In this document: positions 11,251 to 20,891 of the stretch, one piece after another
Layout: every line of letters begins with the position of its first letter
Numbering within the stretch: the stretch's first letter is position 1
Assembly (NCBI GenBank): GCA_016124735.1
Contig: WGMZ01000019.1
Location: forward strand, 3,217 to 67,216
Reading direction: 5' to 3'
Source: Bacteroidota bacterium
GTDB lineage: Bacteria > Bacteroidota > Bacteroidia > UBA8524
DNA length: 64,000 bases
Notes under the pieces: generated by a model
What the model saw: only the letters and a program-made list of their open reading frames with translations
Told to the model about the DNA's origin: nothing
Database searches by the model: none
Position numbers and translations under genes: made by a program

Positions 11251-12645
11251 ATGTTGAACAAAGAACCCAAATTTGTCGTAGATCTTCCAAAGGACCGCAG
11301 CTCCATCATCAAAGTGATTGGTGTAGGAGGCGGAGGAAGTAACGCCGTGAATCACATGTTCCGCCAGGGAATTGCCGGGGTGGATTTCTTTGTGTGCAAC
11401 ACGGATTCTCAGGCTCTGGAATTGAGTCCTGTTCCGAATAAAATTGCCATTGGCAATACTCTCACTGAAGGTTTGGGCGCGGGCTCTGAACCCGAAATCG
11501 GAAAGAAAGCAGCCTTGGAAAGCATTGAAGATATTATTGATCGCCTCGGTGTGAATACCAAGATGTTGTTTGTAACCGCAGGACTGGGTGGAGGTACCGG
11601 AACGGGTGCCGCGCCGGTAGTGGCGCAAACAGCTAAAGAACTTGGAATTCTCACAGTGGCTATTGTAACTACTCCCTTTGCATTCGAGGGAAACAAAAGG
11701 ATTGAACAGGCAACGCAGGGATTGGAAGAAATTCGTTCCTGTGTGGATGCGATTCTCATCATCTCCAATGACAAGCTCAAGGAAATGTATGGAAATCTTT
11801 CCCTGAGCAATGCATTCAGTAATGCGGATAATGTGTTGACCATTGCAGCCAAGGGAATTGCTGAGATCATCACCCTGAAAGGGATTATGAATGTCGATTT
11901 TGCCGATGTGAAAACGGCTATGACCGATAGCGGAGTGGCCATTATGGGCAATGGTATTGCCGAAGGAGAAGATCGCGCGATCAAGGCTGCACAGCAGGCG
12001 CTTGAGTCTCCCTTGCTGGATGAGAATCAAATTCGGGGAGCAAAAAATATTCTCTTGAATATCACCTATGGCACCGAAGAGATTCTAATGGAAGAGGCAA
12101 CCAAAATCAATGAGTTCTTTCAGGAACAGGCAGGGCGTACCGCCAATCTCAAATGGGGCTATTGCAAAGATGAGAACCTTGGAAAAAGCCTGTCTGTGAC
12201 GATTATTGCCACCGGATTTGAATCAAGAGAAAACACCCTGATTGAAACAAAACAAACCGTCGTGGGCACTCTCGATATGAAGAAGGAGGAAGAAGAGGAA
12301 AGAGGCGAAGCACCAAAAGATTTGTTCGATGGTACGGAAGCGGAAGCAGAGGGCAAGGAGAAAATGGTGGAGGAACATTCCGGAGAAGATGAGATGGAAG
12401 CCGAACGCATTCAGCGGATTAAAGACCGCATGCGTCAATTGCGCCAATTGAATGATGCCTACCAGGATCCGGATGGAGTGAATGAATTACACAATCAGCC
12501 AGCCTACCTGAGAAGAAAAGTAGATATGGATGATGTGAAACCGTCATCCGAGCAAAATATATCACGTTATTCTCTTTTTGAAGATGAGGAAAAACGCCCT
12601 GAAATCAGAAAGAACAACAGTTTTCTGCATGACAATGTAGATTAG
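11251..12645 (+). CDS. ftsZ: Cell division protein FtsZ
   Basis: GVGGGGSNAVN, GGGTGTG tubulin signature and NVDFADV; Bacteroidota-type tail PAYLRR...NNSFLHDNVD. Confidence 0.98.
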   Translation: MLNKEPKFVVDLPKDRSSIIKVIGVGGGGSNAVNHMFRQGIAGVDFFVCNTDSQALELSPVPNKIAIGNTLTEGLGAGSEPEIGKKAALESIEDIIDRLGVNTKMLFVTAGLGGGTGTGAAPVVAQTAKELGILTVAIVTTPFAFEGNKRIEQATQGLEEIRSCVDAILIISNDKLKEMYGNLSLSNAFSNADNVLTIAAKGIAEIITLKGIMNVDFADVKTAMTDSGVAIMGNGIAEGEDRAIKAAQQALESPLLDENQIRGAKNILLNITYGTEEILMEEATKINEFFQEQAGRTANLKWGYCKDENLGKSLSVTIIATGFESRENTLIETKQTVVGTLDMKKEEEEERGEAPKDLFDGTEAEAEGKEKMVEEHSGEDEMEAERIQRIKDRMRQLRQLNDAYQDPDGVNELHNQPAYLRRKVDMDDVKPSSEQNISRYSLFEDEEKRPEIRKNNSFLHDNVD

Positions 12646-12669
12646 TTTGACAGTTAGATGTCTTTGGGA

Positions 12670-12697
12670 AGACCACGGCCTTGGCCGTGGTTTTTTT
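12670..12697 (+). terminator. Intrinsic terminator of the dcw operon
   Basis: Inverted repeat ACCACGGCC-TT-GGCCGTGGT followed by a T-run, ~25 nt after the ftsZ stop. Confidence 0.85.
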
Positions 12698-12753
12698 GTG
12701 AAAAGCCCCGGCATTTCATTTTCACTTTAAACAGTAATTGTTTACTTGCAGCT

Positions 12754-13314
12754 ATGATTGACTGGTCGCGACATAAACCCGAAGCGGGAAGACTTTTATT
12801 GTCGGAGCCAACATTGGCGGATCCTAATTTTGCCCGGACGGTGGTATTGCTGACTGCACATAATGAAGAAGGCTCCGTGGGCTTTGTCCTGAACCGTCCG
12901 TTGCAAATTAATATGTCGGATTTAGGCCATGGTTTTGACTCTATCAAACTGCCTCTATATGAGGGTGGACCGGTCGAATTAGATACCTTGCATTATGTAC
13001 ATCGCCTGGGTCCGGGTATTCCGGGAGCCACAGAAATTGGCAATGAAGTGTATTGGGGTGGTGATTTTGAAATTGTCAAAAAGGCTTTAAAATCCTATAC
13101 CAGCGAAACCATTCGGTTCTTCCTGGGCTATAGCGGATGGGCAGCAGGTCAGCTGGAGGATGAGATAGCACAGCATGCCTGGCTGGTAGCTCCGGCGTTG
13201 GAAGAAGATATCTTCCTGACTCCTCCGGATAAGCTTTGGGAAAAATGCATCAAAGGTTTGGGCGGCGAAGAAGCAGGTCTCGCCGGATATCCAATGGATC
13301 CCCGTTGGAATTAA
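12754..13314 (+). CDS. YqgE/AlgH family protein
   Basis: GRLLLSEP..DPNFARTVVLL, GFVLNRP, GGPV, FFLGYSGW..GQL..E and terminal P.DPRWN. Start placed at ATG 12754. Confidence 0.9.
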   Translation: MIDWSRHKPEAGRLLLSEPTLADPNFARTVVLLTAHNEEGSVGFVLNRPLQINMSDLGHGFDSIKLPLYEGGPVELDTLHYVHRLGPGIPGATEIGNEVYWGGDFEIVKKALKSYTSETIRFFLGYSGWAAGQLEDEIAQHAWLVAPALEEDIFLTPPDKLWEKCIKGLGGEEAGLAGYPMDPRWN

Positions 13315-13652
13315 TCAACTTCCGTTTTGATACCGTTTGATTTTCAGGAATTCTAGCGTTTTTTTATCATAAAATAGTTATAGATAGCTAGTTAAATAAC
13401 TAACTATATATGGCGAATTCAAAATCATATTATAGGTATCCATAATTTTCATATCGATTAAATCAGTCTCTTATATTCATCGAAAAAACGCTATATATCG
13501 ACTATTAGTAGAATGTTTGTCTTAAATTATTGGAAACAGAATTATTATTGTGTGATATAGTAACTAGGAAAAAATATTCTTGTTTGTGCATTGAAAGGAT
13601 TCAATAAATAGAATATATGACCTAGGTCTCTATATTTATAATTCTACAAGCC

Positions 13653-16600
13653 ATGAAAATAAATTATCTACTATTTCAATTGAACCGGAGGAGAAATTCT
13701 TCGGTTTTGAAGGGCCTGGTGGCTTTGTCCATTGGGCTATTTGCATACGGAGGTGCCTTGGCACAAACGTACACCTTTACAAATGCGGGTGCGAGCGGCC
13801 AAAATGGTCCGTCGCAATCCCAGGTAAATTCTGCTTATTCTGGTACAACTCTGGATGCGAAAGTGACTGTACTGAGCGGCATTCAGTATTGGGTAGTACC
13901 AAATACGGGAACCTACAAGATCGAAACAACAGGTGGTCAGGGTTACGGGCCATACGGCGGCCGGGGAGCCTACATGTCGGGAGATTTCCTTCTGCATGCG
14001 GGCGATACACTGAAAATATTGGTAGGTCAAAAAGGAGCACCTCCCGTAGGATCGGGCACCAATCAATTCGGTGGTGGCGGTGGTTCTTTCGTGACCTACA
14101 AGAACAATACTCCCATTATCATTGCCGGCGGTGGCGGTGGTTCTTGGGCCTCAACTTATACGAGCACAACGGATGCCAGTACGGGCACTTCCGGGAATAC
14201 TGCGGCAAATGGACCTACAAATGGTTCCGGCGGTTCCAATGGCAGCGGCGGTGCTGACGGCGGTATTGCCGGTGGTGGTGGCGGCCTCACAGGCGACGGT
14301 GGAGTTTCTCCCTACGGTGGATTGGCCTTCGTGAATGGAGGAACCGGAGGTAAAGCGACCTCCAATGGTGGAGAAGGTGGTTTCGGTGGTGGCGGTGGTG
14401 CCAACAGCTGGGATAACAGACGCGGTGGTGGCGGCGGTGGCTATAGTGGCGGCGGCGGTGCCGGAAGTACCACAACGGGTTACCCCGAAGGTGGTGGCGG
14501 CGGTTCCTATAACGCAGGAACGAACCAAAGCAATTTGGCCAGTGTGGGCTATGGAGATGGAAGCGTCATTATTACTACTTTAAAAACAGGTGCACACAAT
14601 GATATGGGTGTGATCTCTATTGATTCCCCCACAGTATTCTGTTCGGGTATTCACAATGTGGTGGCAACCATTCAGAATTTTGGTGCCAATACCGTGGATA
14701 GTGTTCACGTAAATTGGTCTGTCAACGGATCGCTCCAACCTGTTTATTATTATGCTGGAAGTACCATCGATACCATAGGTGGAAGTGCTTCGGCTACCAG
14801 ACAAGTGACCATAGGTAACTATAATTTCGGATCCTCTTCCTATTTAATTAAAGTTTGGACATCGAACCCGAATGGTGGAAGTGATACCGTCCATAACAAC
14901 GACACAACCATTGCAACCAAACAAGTTAATTTACCTGCTCCCGGTGGACTACGATACAGTACGCTGAATGCAACCAATGCGACCCTGGAATGGAATGGAG
15001 GTTCGGTATCCAATACCTGGGCATACGTTAATTCAACAAGCATTGGAACACCAACGGGTCCGGGCACTACCGTAAGTTCAGACAGTGTTTACCTGAATAA
15101 CCTGAACGAAAGGACAACATACTACCTCTATGTCAGAGAAATATGTTCAACCGGTGACAGTTCTTCCTGGGCCGGTCCTTTCCAATACAGAACGCCTTGT
15201 GCCAATATTTTAAATGGTACGTATACCATTGATCCGTCTCAGTCCGCATCGGCAACAAACTTTAAAACGTTTGGAGACGCCGCTTATGCATTGTCTGAAT
15301 GCGGTGTGTCTGGCCCGGTTTTGATTCAGGTTGCATCTGGTACTTTTACTGAACGTGTCGATTTCCAAACGATTAGTGGCGCATCATCTACCAATACAAT
15401 TACCTTCCAGGGTGCCGGAAAAGGTTCAACCATTCTGACGAATAATGGAAGCTCCTCTGCTAATTGGGCAAATATTCTGATGAACGGAACCGATTACGTG
15501 ACCTTCCGAGACATGACTATTCGCGCACAAAATTCCACCAACGGTATTGGCGTGTTGCTGACCAACCAGGCAGACCATAACCAATTCATCAATCTAAATA
15601 TTGAGATGAATACTTCCTCCACAAATTCCAACGTTTGGGGTATTGCGGCATCTGGTTCTTCAACATCGGTTACTACAGCAGGCGATGCGGCCAATTACAC
15701 CCTCGTGGATAGCGTAACTATCACTGGTGGATATGGCGGTGTATCTTTTTACGGAACCAGTTCTTCCGGCGCACACAGCTTTGGTAATAAAGTGAAGAAT
15801 TCATCCATTACGGGTACCTATTACTATGGTATCAGATTCTATTACCAGAATGAGCTCGTAGCAGACAGAAACACGATTTCTAATTTTCGGAATTCCACTA
15901 CCTATGGAATGTACGTGTACTATTCTTCCGATTATATCGTAAGCAATAATAATATCACCTCAAACTACTACGGCTTGAATGTATACTACTGCGACCGCTA
16001 TTTGATGAGTGGTTCTTTCAAAAGCCTGATCTACAATAACATGATTACCAGCAATAACTATTACACAGTCTATTGCTACTATACGTATGATGCAAACTTC
16101 TACCATAACACGATTGTCAGTCAATATGCCAGTGGTAACTACTTTGCTTATGCCAATAACCTGGATTGTCGCAATAACATTTTTGTGAACAAGAATACCA
16201 GCTCAACGGGTTATGTAATGTACATCGTAAGTGGTAGTCAGACGCATATGGATTACAATATCTATTCTGGAAACGGAGGAAGTTTCATCTATCACGATGC
16301 GGCAATTCCAAGTTACAACAGTTGGCTGCAAACATTCCCGACATTGAATCTTAACTCTCAGGAATTGGCTCCGGATTTTCAGAGCGCAACCGATTTCCAC
16401 CTCGATTATTCCAATCCTTTCCCCAGAGGAGAAAGAACACTCAATATCGCAGATGACATCGATGGAGACCTCCGCTGTGAAATTGCTCCAACCATTGGGG
16501 CAGATGAAAGCGAATACCAAAATCCATCTCCAACTGCGGGAATTGCCAGCAGCGATAGTGTCTATCTGAATTCTCCTACTACCTTCTATTCTGCATACCA

Positions 16601-19600
16601 ACCCTTGCCTGGGTTACTTTGGGATTATACCTGGTATGTAGATGATGTGTTAAAAAGCACAGAACTAAACTTCACACAAACTTTTGCCAATTCAGGCACC
16701 TACGAAGTTAAACTTCGGGCACGTAGCTGTTCTGGAAGTGATTTGGACAGCATTCAGGTAAGTATTGTGACACCTACCAGCTCTCCGGTAACCGACTTCA
16801 CAGCCAATAAATTGATATTGGATATTACAGAAACCAGTGACCTGAGTGATCTTTCGCATTTCGGTGCCACCCAATGGGAATGGACAGCCGAACCAAGTTC
16901 CGATGCAGTATTCAGTAATGCTTATAGTAGCAACCCAAGTGTATTCTTTACCAGTCCGGGAACTTACCGTATCTGCCTGAAAACAGACAACGGCGCCGGA
17001 GCAGGTAATAAGTTGTGCAAAAATGCCTATATCAGTGTAAACGATGACCAGGTAATGTGCACCGGAACATCCAGTTCTCATTCTTCAGGTCGCATCAGCG
17101 ACGATGGAAGTTCCGTTGGAAATTATTCCGCGAACAGCAGCTGTAATTTCCGCATTGAGCCTTGTGCCGGTAAAGTGACCCTTCGTTTCACACAATGGGC
17201 TTTGGCAGATGGAGATGATGAACTTAAAGTGTATGCCGGTACGGATAACAGCGCTACCTTGTTGGGTACTTTCACTGGTAATTCAACATTGCCGGGAGGT
17301 GTGAACGGTCTCATTTCAAACACCGGAAAAATGTACCTGGAATGGAATACTTCTCCAACCGGTCAAGCGGCTGGTTTTATTGCCTATTGGACCTCAGAAC
17401 CTGATCCGAACGCGATGCCTCCTGTGGCCGATTTTACAGTTCCAGATTCGATTTTCATCGATCAGGTTGTAAAATTTGAAAGTACCTCTACAGGCGATGG
17501 ACTCAGTTATGATTGGGACTTCGACTACCCGAATGGACAGATCGGATTAGAAGGTGGAAATAAGGATTTTGACCGCTATAAATGGAATGCATCCGGTACC
17601 TATCCAATTGCACTCAAAGTGCACAGTTGTTCCGGTGGAGACACCATGACCAGAAATATTCAGGTGTATGTTCCTAATTCTGCCCCTGTTGTTGGGTTTA
17701 CTGCAGACAGAACCAAAGTGCCGGTTCTTACTACAGTGACCCTTTCCGACAGCAGTTATCAGGGTGGAACTAAATGGAAATGGACCGTAACGCCATCAAA
17801 TACGGCGAATATTCTCACTCCGTTAGATCAACCTGAATTGAAAGTGAGTTTCATTAAGAGTGGAAAATACACGGTGAAACTGTGGTCAAGCAACTCAATC
17901 GGAGCGGATAGCCTAATTCGTGTCGATTATATCGACGTCTTTGATTACTGTGCTCCGGTAGTGGGCAATCTTAGCAATGACGTGGCAATCAGCCGGGTTA
18001 AATTTGGCCATATCGATAATTTCAGCGGAGTTGGAACAAACAAATACAGCAGCTACCTGAATGATTTTCCTGCGGAAAAAATAGCTTTAAGAGACAGCGT
18101 TGAAATTAGCATTGAACGCCTGAGTAATACCGATCCTATTAACAGAAAAATCTGGGTGGATTGGAACAACGATGGCGACTTTAATGATGCAGGAGAAGAA
18201 GTGGCAAGCCAAGCATCGGGTTATAGTATGGTATATACTACCAAAATCGCTGTTCCTTCTGGCGCAACAGCTGGATACACTACCTTACGAGTTGGGGTAA
18301 GTTATGGTCAGGATGTAAACCGTCCATGTGGCATCAACCCAACGGGCGAGTTTGAAGACTATCCCGTATTGGTGGTTGTTGACAACATGGCGCCGCTAAT
18401 TCAATTGCATGGACAAGATACCGTCTGGGTAGAAAAGGGCTATTCATACGTTGATGCGGGTGCTATAGCAACCGACAATATCGATGGAGACCTGACCTCG
18501 TTGATGAATGTGGTGAACAACGTAGATACTTCTCAGGTTGGCTCTTACTGGGTTCGCTACAACGTGAGTGACCTGGACGGAAATGCTGCCACTGAAGCAA
18601 TACGCGTGGTAATTGTTACTCCGGATGTAACCAAACCAGTGATTGTGCTGAATGGCAATGCAAGTATTAACGTAACTGTCAATACAAGCTATACTGATTC
18701 AGGTGCAACTGCCAGCGATTACTTCCAAATGAACCTCACCCCACAACTCATGTTTGGCGATAACATCGACCTGACAACCATTGGCAGCTACTACTACTAT
18801 TACACGGTAGAAGATGCTGCTGGCAACAAGGATTCGGTGGTTAGAATTGTGAACGTGATCGATGACATCAATCCGGTATTGAATCTGTTAGGCAACAATC
18901 CGCTTCATGTTGAAGTGTTTAGTTCGTTCAACGATCCGGGTTATACCGTGAGCGACAACTACTACACCCTGATAAATGTTCAGGTGGATAGCTCAACCAT
19001 TCAATTGGATAAACAAGGTGTGTACACCGTTACATATACTGCAAAAGATGGCTCAGGCAACTTGGCCATGTTAACCCGCGAGGTAATTGTTGAAGATAAA
19101 ACTGCTCCGGTATTGAGCCTTATTGGCTCGGATACTGTGATGGTGGATGTTTTCACCAGCTACAATGAACAGGGTGTTCAGGTAACGGATAACTTCTGTT
19201 CCGGATTGAAATGGAGCGTAGATATACAACCAAACATTAAGGTGTTGGGCGATTATATGCTGACGTATTCAAGCACAGATTGCAACGGAAATACCTCAGC
19301 CACTTTGACTCGCGTTGTGAGGGTAGTGGATCGTATTGCTCCTGTATTGACTTTGAATGGCTTTGCCGTCAATTCAGTACAACGTTGGGAAGGCTTCAAC
19401 GACCCTGGTGTAAGTATAGATGATAACTACTACAGCGAATCCGACTTGCAGGATAGCCTGGTGATTACCAGCAACCTTGATCCGAATTGGATAGGACTTT
19501 ACAGCATCTGCTATCAGGTAACCGACCCTTCAGGAAACAAATCAGGAATGATTTGCCGTACAGTGAATGTGGTAGACAACGTGACTTCTGTAAATGAAGT

Positions 19601-19850
19601 GAATGAGACGAAATACAACATTTATCCGAACCCCTCCAGAGGGCAGTTCTCCTTGGATTTCGGTGCGGTACTGTCTCAATCTGCCGATATCAAAATAATG
19701 GATATGACCGGAAAAGTAGTGTACGATGGAGCTGTTCAGCCAGGTAGGCAAATAGCAAACTTTCAGCTTGAACTTTCTCAGGGCATGTATTATGTGATGG
19801 TTAACAGCAATGCAAACCGTCAGATACTTAAGATTCAGATCCTTCCATAA
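13653..19850 (+). CDS. 2065-aa T9SS-secreted multidomain protein (Gly-rich, Ig/CARDB-like, FN3, beta-helix, PKD, CUB, GEVED, 5x DUF5011-like Ig, type A CTD)
   Basis: Signal peptide; GGGGG-rich N-domain; Asn/Tyr beta-helix repeats; PKD motifs (PVADF..WDF); CUB-like segment (NYSANSSCNFRI..DELKVY); WVDWNNDGDF..GEFEDY; five D..P.I.L.G repeats; C-terminal IYPNPS..G.Y.V. Confidence 0.85.
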   Translation: MKINYLLFQLNRRRNSSVLKGLVALSIGLFAYGGALAQTYTFTNAGASGQNGPSQSQVNSAYSGTTLDAKVTVLSGIQYWVVPNTGTYKIETTGGQGYGPYGGRGAYMSGDFLLHAGDTLKILVGQKGAPPVGSGTNQFGGGGGSFVTYKNNTPIIIAGGGGGSWASTYTSTTDASTGTSGNTAANGPTNGSGGSNGSGGADGGIAGGGGGLTGDGGVSPYGGLAFVNGGTGGKATSNGGEGGFGGGGGANSWDNRRGGGGGGYSGGGGAGSTTTGYPEGGGGGSYNAGTNQSNLASVGYGDGSVIITTLKTGAHNDMGVISIDSPTVFCSGIHNVVATIQNFGANTVDSVHVNWSVNGSLQPVYYYAGSTIDTIGGSASATRQVTIGNYNFGSSSYLIKVWTSNPNGGSDTVHNNDTTIATKQVNLPAPGGLRYSTLNATNATLEWNGGSVSNTWAYVNSTSIGTPTGPGTTVSSDSVYLNNLNERTTYYLYVREICSTGDSSSWAGPFQYRTPCANILNGTYTIDPSQSASATNFKTFGDAAYALSECGVSGPVLIQVASGTFTERVDFQTISGASSTNTITFQGAGKGSTILTNNGSSSANWANILMNGTDYVTFRDMTIRAQNSTNGIGVLLTNQADHNQFINLNIEMNTSSTNSNVWGIAASGSSTSVTTAGDAANYTLVDSVTITGGYGGVSFYGTSSSGAHSFGNKVKNSSITGTYYYGIRFYYQNELVADRNTISNFRNSTTYGMYVYYSSDYIVSNNNITSNYYGLNVYYCDRYLMSGSFKSLIYNNMITSNNYYTVYCYYTYDANFYHNTIVSQYASGNYFAYANNLDCRNNIFVNKNTSSTGYVMYIVSGSQTHMDYNIYSGNGGSFIYHDAAIPSYNSWLQTFPTLNLNSQELAPDFQSATDFHLDYSNPFPRGERTLNIADDIDGDLRCEIAPTIGADESEYQNPSPTAGIASSDSVYLNSPTTFYSAYQPLPGLLWDYTWYVDDVLKSTELNFTQTFANSGTYEVKLRARSCSGSDLDSIQVSIVTPTSSPVTDFTANKLILDITETSDLSDLSHFGATQWEWTAEPSSDAVFSNAYSSNPSVFFTSPGTYRICLKTDNGAGAGNKLCKNAYISVNDDQVMCTGTSSSHSSGRISDDGSSVGNYSANSSCNFRIEPCAGKVTLRFTQWALADGDDELKVYAGTDNSATLLGTFTGNSTLPGGVNGLISNTGKMYLEWNTSPTGQAAGFIAYWTSEPDPNAMPPVADFTVPDSIFIDQVVKFESTSTGDGLSYDWDFDYPNGQIGLEGGNKDFDRYKWNASGTYPIALKVHSCSGGDTMTRNIQVYVPNSAPVVGFTADRTKVPVLTTVTLSDSSYQGGTKWKWTVTPSNTANILTPLDQPELKVSFIKSGKYTVKLWSSNSIGADSLIRVDYIDVFDYCAPVVGNLSNDVAISRVKFGHIDNFSGVGTNKYSSYLNDFPAEKIALRDSVEISIERLSNTDPINRKIWVDWNNDGDFNDAGEEVASQASGYSMVYTTKIAVPSGATAGYTTLRVGVSYGQDVNRPCGINPTGEFEDYPVLVVVDNMAPLIQLHGQDTVWVEKGYSYVDAGAIATDNIDGDLTSLMNVVNNVDTSQVGSYWVRYNVSDLDGNAATEAIRVVIVTPDVTKPVIVLNGNASINVTVNTSYTDSGATASDYFQMNLTPQLMFGDNIDLTTIGSYYYYYTVEDAAGNKDSVVRIVNVIDDINPVLNLLGNNPLHVEVFSSFNDPGYTVSDNYYTLINVQVDSSTIQLDKQGVYTVTYTAKDGSGNLAMLTREVIVEDKTAPVLSLIGSDTVMVDVFTSYNEQGVQVTDNFCSGLKWSVDIQPNIKVLGDYMLTYSSTDCNGNTSATLTRVVRVVDRIAPVLTLNGFAVNSVQRWEGFNDPGVSIDDNYYSESDLQDSLVITSNLDPNWIGLYSICYQVTDPSGNKSGMICRTVNVVDNVTSVNEVNETKYNIYPNPSRGQFSLDFGAVLSQSADIKIMDMTGKVVYDGAVQPGRQIANFQLELSQGMYYVMVNSNANRQILKIQILP

Positions 19851-19873
19851 ATTGGAGACGATTTGGTTTGACG

Positions 19874-19902
19874 AAAGGGTACCCGAAAGGGTGCCCTTTT
19901 TT
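19874..19902 (+). terminator. Intrinsic terminator
   Basis: AAAGGGTACCC-GAAA-GGGTGCCCTTT hairpin running into a T-tract, just after the large gene. Confidence 0.85.
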
Positions 19903-19951
19903 GTTTGAAAACAAGTAAAAAGAGGATGAATTTGTATTTTGGGAAACTATT

Positions 19952-20788
19952 ATGAAAACAAAAATGAAAAACTACGCTTGGATTGTCGGCATAGCTTTGG
20001 TTCTGCCCACAATTGCATGGAAAACACTGGCATCCAACAAAGCTTTGGTTGATGTGGAATGCTACGAAGAAAAAGGAAAAACCTATTACCGCGGGGTTTG
20101 GATGAAGGGAAAGGGCGGACAAACCCTTAAAAATTACACAACTACCGATGAATTTCAGGCGGATGTGGAGTTAATGGTAAGCAGCGGAAATGCATTAAGA
20201 GACATTGCCATTAAAGAAACAGAAGAAGGACCTCAGGTTGTGGCGGTTTACGATAAAGATCCCACCAATTGGGAACTGGTTCGGCTCAATTCCTGGGAAG
20301 AGTTCGAAAAAGACTGGAAGGCCAAACAGAAAGAAGGCATGCAAATCATGGATTTTGATTTTTACAGTTACCTGGGCGAAGACGTATACTACGGTGTTTA
20401 CTGGAAGATGGACAAAAAATCGGAGGTGTTTACACAGGCAAACTGGACGAAAATGTCGGAAGAAATTGTGGAGAAAGGCAACAAAAAATACGAGCTAATG
20501 GACGTGGATCGGATGAAGATTGATGGCGAATGGAGCTACGTGGCTTTCTTTAATGAAACCGAAAAACCTCTGGAATACAAAGCGTTTAAATTAACCAGTA
20601 ATGAAGCTTTGGAGCGCCAGGCTGCGGCCAATGCGAAAAAAGGAATAATCCTGACTGAAGCAGATGGATTTATTCAGGGAAATGCAATCACTCATTTAGT
20701 AGTCTATGTGAAACAGCCACAGCCAAATTTCTTCTTTACCAGCGAAGACTGGACAACATTCGAGGAGAAATTTAACTCAATGAACTAG
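19952..20788 (+). CDS. Exported protein with ~50-aa tandem repeats resembling BTRD1 (polyglycine-hydrolase-like repeat)
   Basis: Hydrophobic N-terminus; five repeats such as LVDVECY..YRGVW, IMDFDFY..YYGVY and LMDVDRM..YVAFF, separated by WEEF/WTKM/WTTF helices. Confidence 0.6.
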   Translation: MKTKMKNYAWIVGIALVLPTIAWKTLASNKALVDVECYEEKGKTYYRGVWMKGKGGQTLKNYTTTDEFQADVELMVSSGNALRDIAIKETEEGPQVVAVYDKDPTNWELVRLNSWEEFEKDWKAKQKEGMQIMDFDFYSYLGEDVYYGVYWKMDKKSEVFTQANWTKMSEEIVEKGNKKYELMDVDRMKIDGEWSYVAFFNETEKPLEYKAFKLTSNEALERQAAANAKKGIILTEADGFIQGNAITHLVVYVKQPQPNFFFTSEDWTTFEEKFNSMN

Positions 20789-20796
20789 TCAATATG

Positions 20797-20825
20797 AGCT
20801 GTCAGCCGGCGGCTGACAGCTTTTT
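20797..20825 (+). terminator. Intrinsic terminator
   Basis: AGCTGTCAGCC-GGC-GGCTGACAGCT followed by TTTT. Confidence 0.85.
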
Positions 20826-20891
20826 GTCATCCCTTTGTCAAACTTATAAGTGACGTTGGTATCTCTTCTTCCCGCAATGTAACTTGCCACC

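Noticed and set aside
10294..12030. 578-aa antisense ORF across ftsA-ftsZ
   Set aside because: ftsA and ftsZ are in the same frame, so a stop-poor antisense shadow can span both. It has no recognisable motifs.
14069..14505. GGT/GGC trinucleotide-rich DNA resembling a microsatellite
   Set aside because: Fully explained by polyglycine codons in the large protein; synonymous codons vary.
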